Assembly: GCA_963764725.1 (NCBI GenBank)
Contig: CAVXTM010000015.1
Coordinates: 313,209 to 377,208 of the forward strand
Direction: 5' to 3'
Length of the DNA: 64,000 nucleotides
DNA from: an uncultured Gammaproteobacteria bacterium
GTDB taxonomy: Bacteria > Pseudomonadota > Gammaproteobacteria > JACCXJ01
The first letter of the stretch is position 1. Each line of letters begins with the position of its first letter. Made by a program: the position numbers and the translations under genes. The notes below the pieces were generated by a model. The model worked only from the letters and a program-made list of their open reading frames with translations. It ran no database searches and was not told the DNA's origin. Shown here piece after piece: positions 46,623 through 55,222 of this stretch.

Positions 46623-47879
46623 ATGTCTGGTATCCTCATTAGCTATCGGCGAGAAGACAGCGCCGGCCACGCTGGGCGGCTCTACGACCGGCTGGTGCGC
46701 GACTTCCACGAAGTCAAAGTCTTCATGGACGTGGAACAGATCGCGTCCGGCGACGACTTTGCCCGGGCTATCGAAGACATCGTGCAAACCTGCGACGTGC
46801 TGCTCGTAGTTATCGGGAAGCGTTGGCTGACGGCGGCGGACCAGTATGGACAGCGCCGGCTCGACAAGAGCGACGATTGGGTCCGGATGGAAGTCGGTGC
46901 TGCATTGACCCGTAATATCCGCGTAATTCCCTTGCTCATCGATGACGCGGCACTCCCAACGGCAGAGGCGCTCCCTGGAGACCTTGTGCGCCTGACCTCT
47001 CTTCAGGCCCATCCGATCAATCATCTCACCTTCCATCAAGACGTGGACCGACTCGTTGACCGGATCAAGACGGCCATTGGCGCGCGTAAGGCGACGCTGG
47101 CCAACAGCCATGCGCCGGGCACCAAACGCGTACATCCCCAGGATGGTCTCGAGTACGTGTGGATACCGCCGGGCCGGTTCCTGATGGGGCGCGTGCCCGG
47201 TGACAATGTCGAAGCCGAACGCTACGTCGTCGAGAAGCCCCAGCACCCGGTTAGGCTGACGCGGGGCTTCTGGCTGACGCGCGGACCCGTGACGGTCCGG
47301 GCCTACCGGTATTTCGTCACGAAGCGCGTACTGAAAATGCCCCGCGCGCCCGCCAACAACCCCAACTGGGCATACGACGACCATCCTGTCGTAAATGTCA
47401 CCTGGATGCAGGCGCGGGAATATGGTGCCTGGGTGGGCGGCCGATTGCCGACCGAAGCGCAGTGGGAGTATGCCAGCCGGGGTGGGATCGACAATACCAT
47501 CTACCCCTGGGGTAATGAGGTAAAGCCCGATATGGCGAATTACGTCGGTAATCCCAAGTGGGGACGACACAGCACTTCGCCGGTCGGATCATTCCCGGAA
47601 AATGGCTTTGGCCTCTATGACATGGTTGGCAATGTCTGGGAGTGGGTGTCGGACTGGTACGACGACGAAGCCTATAACACCCGTCCGCCACACGAGCCGA
47701 CCGTTGACCCGGAGATATTTGTCAACAAGCACGATCGGCGCGTGGTCCGCGGCGGATCGTGGGATTCGATCGCTGAAGAGATCCGCCTGTCGGTGCGGGG
47801 TTACCAGACGCCCGCCGCCGGCTTCCGCGACTTCGGCTTTCGCTGTCTGGTTGACGAAATACCGGAAGGCCCCGTCTAG
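46623..47879 (+). CDS. TIR domain + FGE-sulfatase (SUMF1/CLec-fold) domain protein
   Basis: ILISYRREDS..VFMDV..DWVRMEV..VIPLL; then F.MG, RLPTEAQWEYA, NGFGLYDMVGNVWEW, RGGSW, GFRC. Confidence 0.9.
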   Translation: MSGILISYRREDSAGHAGRLYDRLVRDFHEVKVFMDVEQIASGDDFARAIEDIVQTCDVLLVVIGKRWLTAADQYGQRRLDKSDDWVRMEVGAALTRNIRVIPLLIDDAALPTAEALPGDLVRLTSLQAHPINHLTFHQDVDRLVDRIKTAIGARKATLANSHAPGTKRVHPQDGLEYVWIPPGRFLMGRVPGDNVEAERYVVEKPQHPVRLTRGFWLTRGPVTVRAYRYFVTKRVLKMPRAPANNPNWAYDDHPVVNVTWMQAREYGAWVGGRLPTEAQWEYASRGGIDNTIYPWGNEVKPDMANYVGNPKWGRHSTSPVGSFPENGFGLYDMVGNVWEWVSDWYDDEAYNTRPPHEPTVDPEIFVNKHDRRVVRGGSWDSIAEEIRLSVRGYQTPAAGFRDFGFRCLVDEIPEGPV

Positions 47880-48952
47880 CGGCTGAGGTCCTCGAATAAG
47901 CGGCAGTAGCGACGCCCCATCATCTGATCCGTGAAGTGACGCTCGTAACGCCGTCGAGCGCCACGGCACAGGGCGACAAGCTCATCGGAGCTTGCCGCGT
48001 CCCAGGCATACATGGCTGCGCGAAACGCCGCGTAGCTCGCGTCGGCGCAAAAAAACGCGTGATCGCCCAGCACCTCGACCAGTCCGTCGATACGGGTACA
48101 AACCACCGGAATGCCGCGTGCCGCTGCTTCCAGAGCGACGAGGCCGAAAGGCTCATAAATCGATGGAACGGCAAGGATGTCTATGGCGTCAAAAAATGCC
48201 TCCAGCCGGGGGCCGACGCACCAGCCCAGGAATGTGACTCTCGCGTCCAGCCGGTGCGTGTTCAACAGATCGCGCGCATACGGGCTGAACCCGCGCCCCG
48301 CAATAAGCACACGGCGGTCCTCGAATCCGTGCTCGTTGAGCATCATTTGCACATACTCAGGATGCTTTCGCGGCACGAGGCGTCCGCAATAGCCGAGGAC
48401 GCGCTTACCGCGCGGAATGCGACACCGTGGTGGCCGCCGCACACCGTTATGGATGACATGCACGTTGGGGTTCAAGCGCTGATAGCCTAGCGCCAAATAG
48501 CTCCGTCGTTCGGCCTCGGAGAGCACCACGGCATAGGTGCTGCTGGCGATCAGCCGCTCCTGCCAGCCAACGACTCCACCGAGCTTCACATCGTTCGACG
48601 TCTCTTCGAGCGCCAGCAGTGAGTGCAGCGTGCATACCGCTTTGCGGCTTGCCACGTAGGTCGCGAGGGCGGAATTCTCCTGATATGAATGAATGTGTGC
48701 GACCGGCGCGTTGAACCGTAGGAGATCCGCGACCTGGCCGACGGCTACGTCGGGAAAGCGTTGGAGGATTTCGTCGATCTGCGCGGGAAGATAACCATGG
48801 TCGGTAAGAAACCAGAGGGGTCGAACACCCTCGCTTTTAAGCCCCGACATCAGGTTCTCGATGACGGTACCGACGCCCCCCATCCGGTTAAGGGGCATCT
48901 CGTTCGTGATCTCGATTACGTCAAACGCTTGCCGCGCAGTGTTGGTAATCAC
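47876..48952 (-). CDS. Glycosyltransferase family 4
   Basis: GGVGTV, IHNGV, GRLVPRK, PSIYEPFGLVALEA. Confidence 0.9.
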   Translation of the reverse strand: MITNTARQAFDVIEITNEMPLNRMGGVGTVIENLMSGLKSEGVRPLWFLTDHGYLPAQIDEILQRFPDVAVGQVADLLRFNAPVAHIHSYQENSALATYVASRKAVCTLHSLLALEETSNDVKLGGVVGWQERLIASSTYAVVLSEAERRSYLALGYQRLNPNVHVIHNGVRRPPRCRIPRGKRVLGYCGRLVPRKHPEYVQMMLNEHGFEDRRVLIAGRGFSPYARDLLNTHRLDARVTFLGWCVGPRLEAFFDAIDILAVPSIYEPFGLVALEAAARGIPVVCTRIDGLVEVLGDHAFFCADASYAAFRAAMYAWDAASSDELVALCRGARRRYERHFTDQMMGRRYCRLFEDLSR

Positions 48953-49413
48953 GGGGCAATAGGGTTATCTGATCGGAGCAGTGGATATCGACATACCCGA
49001 GAATCGCCAGAGTCCGACATTCGATCGGCCAGTTCTCGGGCTCCTCCCAGCACCCCTCGCCACGGCATCGGGCGAGAAACACCGCGGCCAAGCACTCGCG
49101 CAAGTCGGGGTTGGAATCCTCGCTCCAGAAGTTTTGCACGCCGAGCACCCGGTAGAGATCAGGTGCGAGGCTCGCTAGATCTATTCGAAGCTCACGAGCC
49201 TGGACGAACCGCTGCTCGAGGCGGTGCACTTGGAAGGGAGGAATCACCAACTGGGTTGCTTCGAGCCGCAGCGCCACTAACGGCGAAGAGGTAGCCCGTG
49301 ATCCTACTTTCCGAGGTACGATTCGTGACGCCGGAGGACGGGTAGGCACCATAGAGGCCGGTGGTTTCGTCGGACTTGTCATACTTTACCATTACCAAGA
49401 GCGGTTCGTTCAT
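48921..49413 (-). CDS. Hypothetical protein, one apparent frameshift near 49290
   Basis: MNEPLLVMVKYDKSD..GYLF joins ..YRVLGVQNFW..WEEPENWPIECRTL in another frame; overlaps the GT4 start. Confidence 0.5.
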
Positions 49414-49965
49414 AGTGCATTACTCTATCCATGCGGTCGCAAGAGTGAAGTCATGGCCTGGCGAAAGAGAATGTTTCGCACCTTTACATCAGTTCGGAAA
49501 CGGGCATGAAATGGGATCGTAGCCGACTTTATTGACTATCGCACGGACGCCGGCCACGACATTCGTCTCCCCGCGCCCGCGAACGCGAGCCGATAAACTC
49601 TTAAGAGTCTCATGATGGTAACCAGACGGAGTGCCGAGCGCCAACATATCGTAACTGCCTGTTCATCCGCGATTGACGTCGAGGTGATGCGGCGAGGATT
49701 CGCTAGTAGGTCTATAGAGAAAATGTCCCTGCGCTTAAGCGCGCTTCGCAATGCGTCACGAGGCTCTTTCACATAGGTATGGTCAGCCCCGAAGATTCGT
49801 CGTATCGACCACGGGCGAGGTAATCGGAAAGCTCCCGTTGCACATAGGTGGCAGCCTGCCGCCATCTACATCAGAAGCTATGGAGCATTCGCAGTAATTC
49901 GATTTTGCGGTGCGCCGCCGCTTGCCCAGCAGCCGGGTGAGCCACGCCTGAGCCGGGGTATAGGA

Positions 49966-50075
49966 ACCGCGAGGTACAGCTCATATTCGTGATGCTCGGG
50001 ATTGCCGCAATATTCCGTGCCCCGATCGGTCAACACCCGCAGGAGCGCGATGTCGTGTTCAGCAGGCAGCAACAG
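49966..50075 (-). mobile_element. IS481-family transposase internal fragment
   Basis: LLRVLTDRGTEYCGNPEHHEYELYLAV. Confidence 0.8.
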
Positions 50076-50127
50076 CATTGCCTTTCTCGCACGAGAGGAT
50101 AGCCCAGGATCAGAACCAATTATTATG

Positions 50128-50346
50128 TTACGTTTTATCTGAGAGCTTACGCAGGATTTCGCTCTTATCGATATTCTTCGCTGCAGCGACGGCGCGCAAC
50201 ACTGCGTTTAACGTTCCTAGTCGCAACGAATCGTGTGCGGGTATCGCAATACGGTGATGGCGCGGGACGTCAGTTACGAGGATGACATGACTACCGACTT
50301 GGTGTACCAGCCGATAACCAAAATATTTTTCGAGTATTTTACCTAA
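50128..50346 (-). pseudogene. hicA: HicA toxin 3' part (5' part at 52028-52065), split by an insertion
   Basis: LGKILEKYFGYRLVHQVGSHVIL..IAIPAHDSLRLGTLNAVL; joins MKLPRN.SG across the TTAG overlap. Confidence 0.82.
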
Positions 50347-52027
50347 CCCGGCATAGCCGGAACCAAGGTGTTGAATGTACTATTCTGGCGGATGGGCAAT
50401 AAGAACTGGAGATGGGTCGTCGCCATGAACTCCTTTGTTGAACGCCATCAAGCGAAGATCGCCGCGGTGCTTTGTTGCTTTGACCGCATCGTGATCACTG
50501 GCACGCTTCCGGAGATCGCCCATGCCGAGGCTATGGCCCGGTATTTGGGTGTCCGGGGTATGCGTCTGTTTGACTATCCCCGCTGGGCAGAACCGCTGCG
50601 CGAGGCGCTTCGGACCCATGCCGAGCGGCTGGCCGCTGAGGCTTCGTTGGAAATTGAATTCATCCGTCATTACAAGGCGTTTCGTAAAGAAGAACGGATC
50701 AAAGCGATTTTGGCTTTGCGCGGTGAGCACCCGGGGCTGGTGCATATCTTCTCGGCGATGGAGGCCTGTCCTTCGTATCGCCCCTGGCATGACAAGCTTC
50801 AGCATACGACCCGTTTGAAGTCTACCCCGGGCAAGTGTTTGCATTATTACTTCTATTTCATCGATGAGATCTTCGGGCTCTGTTATGTCCGAGTACCCAC
50901 CTGGGCACCGTTTCGCCTGCAGGTCTATTTGAACGGCCATCACTGGTTAGCCCAACGACTGACCAAGACAGGGATCGCCTTTGAGCGCGCCGATAATGCC
51001 TTCTTGTCCATCGGCGATCCCCAACAGGCTCAGGCGCTTGCCGATAGCCTCGATCCCAAAGGCTTGCATCGGCGTTTGGACCGATGGGCGAAAAGCTTCT
51101 GTCCTATCTTGGGTCAGTTTCGCGCTGGTTATCACTGGAGCTTCATGCAGGTGGAGTTGCATCCTCGGCGCGCCAAGCAGGGCCACTCCCTGGCCCTGGC
51201 TTTCTCGACCGATGTCATCTTCCACCGCCAAGCCGATTTCCAACCCCTCTATCAAGCCATCGTGCGTACCGCCGTGCATGCCCTCAAGGCAGAACACGTC
51301 GCCACCTTCTTGGGACGCAAACTCACCTCGGCCTTCAGCGGGGAGGCCGGTAACGATTTTCACACCCGCATTCAGGGTACACGCATCCGCCATCATATGG
51401 GACCAGCAAGCCTCAAGCTCTACGATAAATTCAGTCTCATGGCTCGGGTGGAATGCACCGCCAACGATGTCTCCTTCTTCAAACACCACCGTTGGGTGGA
51501 ACAACGCAATGGGCGCAAGCAATTCAAACTCGCACCCCTGCGAAAAAACATCTATAGCCTCCCCGATCTGCGAGAGCTGATGCATGCTGCCAATGAACGC
51601 TATCTCAGCTTCATGGCCAGCATCGATAACCCCAATGCAGCTCTGCACGCCATCGACAAAATGGCCAAACCTGTACGAGAGAAAGACCGCTCCTATCGGG
51701 GCTTCAATCTCTTCCTCGGTGAAGATCATAGCCTTTATTATACCCTCGCCCGCGGGGAGTGGAACATCAGCGGCTTTCGCGCCTCCGATCTCCGAGCCCA
51801 TCTCCGGGATCTCTCCACCGGCCGTGCCTCCTACTGGTTGAAACGCTTGCGCACCCATGGCCTCATCAAAAAGATTGGACATCGCTACAAGTACTACCTC
51901 ACGACATTCGGTCGTCGTGTGCTCAGCAGCGCACTCGCTATCCGAGAGTATGTGGTCATGCCTGCTCTCAATACCGCTCATGCATGACACTCTTTGCTTT
52001 TTTGCACAAGATTTCATGGATAAGGGA
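50347..52027 (+). mobile_element. Insertion element without TIRs, flanked by CTAA, encoding a ~520-aa putative transposase (50425..51987) with a C-terminal winged HTH
   Basis: Interrupts hicA; CTAA at 50343-50346 and 52028-52031; left-end hairpin CCGGC-ATA-GCCGG; motifs HYYFYFID, LKLYDK..RVECT, LKRLRTHGLIKK..YYLT..G. Confidence 0.85.
51157..51201 (-). repeat. 45-bp hairpin insertion element, copy 2 (inverted relative to copy 1)
   Basis: Adds LHPRRAKQGHSLALA between QVE and FSTD; stem CAGGGCCA-CTCCC-TGGCCCTG. Confidence 0.85.
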
Positions 52028-52061
52028 CTAAAGCGTACCCGCTAACGGTTACGCGGGAGCT

Positions 52062-52265
52062 TCACGCGCAGGCCAGCACTTCATCGCGCACGAAGTGGAG
52101 GCGGCGCAACGGTTTAGGCTGGTCGTAGAAGTACGCCGATACTGCTTCAAGGACGTTGACGCGTAATTGTTCCCAGGTATCGCCTTCAGTGAAAATATCG
52201 TGCGAAAGACATTCCGCGACGAACCCACCGTCACTTTCTTGGGTTACGCTAAAAACAATTTCCAT
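52062..52265 (-). CDS. hicB: HicB-like antitoxin
   Basis: EIVFSVTQESDGGFVAECL..IFTEGDTWEQLR.NV.EAV; GTGA overlap with the hicA start. Confidence 0.8.
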   Translation of the reverse strand: MEIVFSVTQESDGGFVAECLSHDIFTEGDTWEQLRVNVLEAVSAYFYDQPKPLRRLHFVRDEVLACA

Positions 52266-52458
52266 AATTTATAATGTGGCAGACTTTCTCTTGTGAGGCA
52301 ATCTGCGTGGTGCTCGATAGGGCAGACTGCATATATTGAAACGGGCTAGGTCGTCGGTTTGTTCTAGGAGAGAGCGCTACAGGGCTGGAATCATCGTTCC
52401 GCATCAACACCAACTTTTCGCAGGCGTTTCGCATATTCCAAAGCTTCTGCTCCGCGTA

Positions 52459-52791
52459 GTCGAGTGATGTCTCGCGACTGATGCGCCTCTTTACGTCGGC
52501 ACATCCTACGATTGTTCACTAACGCGCGCTCCGACGGTGACACTCAATGAACGGAGAGATGAGGATGGGATTGACACTGACGTGTCCCGCGACGGGAGGT
52601 CGTTGCGTGTCGGCCAGAACCGCGACGAGTGGATCAGTGGTGGTTCGTCGGTAATTAATCCCACTCATCAGATCCACTATCGTAGGGTTGATCCCAGCAC
52701 GCGTAGGACGTGCTAAGGAACGAAGCGCGTCTGTCGAGCCCGAGTAGCGCATCTGTCGAGTGATGTCCCGCGGCTAATGCGCCTCCTTACG
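52459..52791. repeat. Pair of 37-bp direct repeats (52459-52495, 52755-52791)
   Basis: GTCGAGTGATGTC(T/C)CGCG(A/G)CT(G/A)ATGCGCCTC(T/C)TTACG, 33/37 identical. Confidence 0.8.
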
Positions 52792-53003
52792 AGGATCGGG
52801 GATTAATGGGGTCAACCTGGACAGACCCGGTCTGTCTCAAGTCTGTCCACTATTACCCGCTTCCCGCACTACCTACATGTGGCGGAATGTGAATATTTCA
52901 CTGAATGCCGAGTCATTTCGTATTACGATATAAGTAGGGCGGCGAAGTAATTCGTTATTCGCGCATGTATTGGGTGCGCGCAGCTTTGACTAAGAGGTGC
53001 ATC

Positions 53004-53108
53004 ATGGTTACGTCAATGAAAATCTTTCTGGCAATAAGCATTTCACTTTTATCACCGTTATCCGCACTTGCGCTTTGCGCGAGTGAGGATCGAATCGATA
53101 CGGCAATG
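53004..53108 (+). pseudogene. 5' stub of a secreted-protein gene cut by an IS481 end
   Basis: RBS AAGAGG; MVTSMKIFLAISISLLSPLSALA signal-like sequence ends at the TGT IS terminus. Confidence 0.45.
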
Positions 53109-53475
53109 TGTAAAAGTCAATACCTGATTTGACAGTTGACTGTATGTGTCTGCACGTTGTTAGTCGGGTTAAAACTGTCGGTTGTCACTTACGCCGCCAG
53201 GAGCTTCTCTTTCGCTAAAGATAGACTATCGAGAAACGTTTGCCTAGGGGTTTTCCCATAACACCACCGGCCTTGATGGGGGCGTTGTTCGTGCATCAGC
53301 CAGGCATCCAAATCGCTTTGCAATTCCTCGAGGGTCGTGTAGATCTTCTTTCGGAACTGCACCCGGTAGAATTCGTTAAGCACGGTTTTATGGAAGCGCT
53401 CGCAGATCCCGTTGCTCTGGGGGCTTTTCGTTTTGGTGCGGGTGTGGTCGATGTTTTCCGACCGGCACGAGGTAC
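53109..53475 (-). mobile_element. IS481-family 3' remnant with terminal repeat
   Basis: ENIDHTRTKTKSPQSNGICERFHKT..RPHQGRWCYGKTP; terminus TGTAAAAGTCAATACCTGATTTGACA. Confidence 0.85.
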
Positions 53476-53479
53476 ACGC

Positions 53480-53670
53480 GGCCCTGCGTAGAGACATGTC
53501 GAAACCGTAGCCCGTGACCATTGACCGAGGGAAAAGTTGTTTTTACGCGAGCAGCTAAACAAGATGATAGCGCCGCGCTACGGACTCCGGACGAGATTAC
53601 CTGCGCCTCAAGGTGCTACCTGCATGCTGCCGGTACTGTGAAACCATACCCCTGACCACGATGAACAGTT
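53480..53670 (+). mobile_element. Highly degraded ISL3-family remnant
   Basis: Across frames: DMSKP ... NK..RYGL..DYLRLKVL.CMLPVL-stop. Confidence 0.5.
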
Positions 53671-53730
53671 GTTTTTACGCGACACTTAGGTAAAGTGGAA
53701 CGGTCCTTAGCCAAAGGAGATAATTTCACC

Positions 53731-53925
53731 ATGAAACTCGCGATTGAATTGAATACCGCGCAATCTGAGCAACTTAAGGCGATTGCTGCGTCCCTGGGCG
53801 TCCGGGCGGAGGAACTCGTGCAAGCGGCAATTACGGATCTGATTGGCGCTGGTGCTGCCGACTTCGAGGCGACTGCCTCGCGCGTGGTAGAAAAGAACCG
53901 CGAACTCTACAAGCGCCTGAGCTGA
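53731..53925 (+). CDS. Small antitoxin/DNA-binding partner of Doc
   Basis: 64 aa ending VVEKNRELYKRLS; TGATG-coupled to the Doc gene. Confidence 0.75.
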   Translation: MKLAIELNTAQSEQLKAIAASLGVRAEELVQAAITDLIGAGAADFEATASRVVEKNRELYKRLS

Positions 53926-54222
53926 TGCGGTTCCTTACTCGGGGTGCTCGCACTTCAACGACGCATCGTAGCTGAGACTGGCGGCACGACTGGTATACGC
54001 GACCTAAGCGCAATATCTTCTGCAATAGCACAACCACACGTATCAGTCGGTGGTGTGGATGCGTACCCAACACTCATCGATAAAGCAGTAGCCTTGGGGT
54101 ACGCGCTCACCCAAAATCATGGATTCATTGATGGAAACAAGCGTATTGCACACGCCGCTATGATGCCGTTCTTCGACCGGAGAGCAACAAGACCCAGTAG
54201 CCCTAGCCCGTATGGAGCGTAG
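53925..54222 (+). pseudogene. doc: Doc/Fic-family toxin, frameshifted and 3'-truncated
   Basis: GGTTGIRDL..SA..P..YPTLIDKA..NHGFIDGNKR. Confidence 0.82.
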
Positions 54223-54233
54223 CGGAATACGGG
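54197..54233 (+). repeat. GTAG-type REP-like palindrome
   Basis: GTAGCCCTAG-CCCGTAT-GGAGCGTAGCGGA-ATACGGG. Confidence 0.55.
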
Positions 54234-54431
54234 AAAACGAATGCCACACTGGGGTCACGTAGCGCCGCAGGCATTCGCGAACCCTCAGCGGCGCGTTCGA
54301 GCACCCTTCCCTCAGGTAGAGATCACATCGATCTGCAAAGGCTGCCGCCCGTCCGGATCAAACCACCGCGCGTTATGCATCGTGCGCCGAAGAAGGATCC
54401 CGCCACGGGCTATTCGCCGTGGCGAAGGGTC

Positions 54432-55181
54432 TTATCGCTGACTACCGAGATACTGCGTCAAGCCCTCGGTCAGCGCGGCATCGGCGCGAAAAATCTCCTG
54501 TCCGCTCGCGTTGGACGGGGTGCGTTCGGTCATGGGCTGCCAGAGCCGATCGGGAAGCGCGTCTTGCGCGTGGTAGCGAATTTCGGCGGCGAAGATGCTG
54601 CGCTCGCCCGGCAGCGATGGCCGCACCAAACTGGCATAGCCCCAAAACACACCGAGCTTGAAGAGGTGGCAGGCCTCGCTCGAATGCTCGAGCGCAAGCG
54701 AGCGAGCGGTTTCGTTGGAGTTGGACTCGACGAACGCGACGAACTCGCTATTGGCATTGGCCACCTGGCGCGGTACGAATGCCTGCGGCGGTGGAACGCT
54801 CAGCATGTTCGCGAGCGTCTCGACATCCTTCAGTGCCTGCGCCAGCGTATTCGGATCGACGGAGGCGTACTGGCGCGCGAGCGCGTCGCGACCGATCTTG
54901 AGCCCCAGCACCCACGCCGCCACGCGTACTTCCGCCCGATTCGTCTCGACAGGGACAGCACGCTCGCCGGGCGCGGGCGAGCACGTCTTCGAGTCGCGCG
55001 TCGCGTTCGAGAGAACCAGGCCACCGGAGAGCGCGGGCTTCGACATCAGGACGTCCATCCCACCGAGAGCCGCGATCTCGATCGCGATGAAGCTGCCGGC
55101 GACCGACCAGACGATGGCGACGAAGAGGAGCACCCGGCCAAGCCGGGAGTGGAAGAAACCTCGTCGCTGAGCTTGCTCCAT
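54432..55181 (-). CDS. Hypothetical protein with N-terminal membrane anchor
   Basis: 249-aa ORF with GC-rich third positions, one TM segment, two Cys; divergent from the next gene. Confidence 0.65.
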   Translation of the reverse strand: MEQAQRRGFFHSRLGRVLLFVAIVWSVAGSFIAIEIAALGGMDVLMSKPALSGGLVLSNATRDSKTCSPAPGERAVPVETNRAEVRVAAWVLGLKIGRDALARQYASVDPNTLAQALKDVETLANMLSVPPPQAFVPRQVANANSEFVAFVESNSNETARSLALEHSSEACHLFKLGVFWGYASLVRPSLPGERSIFAAEIRYHAQDALPDRLWQPMTERTPSNASGQEIFRADAALTEGLTQYLGSQR

Positions 55182-55222
55182 GTTGTCGGGTGTGGTGCGC
55201 CAGCGAGTATACTCGCGCGGCA

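Noticed and set aside
47740-47860. DGR variable region in the FGE/CLec C-terminus
   Set aside because: No template repeat and no reverse transcriptase seen in the window.
49490-49880. Degraded gene upstream of the GT4 pair
   Set aside because: Partial reading frames exist but no family could be recognised.
52459-52791. Possible CRISPR array
   Set aside because: Only two repeats, separated by 259 bp, and no cas genes in the window.
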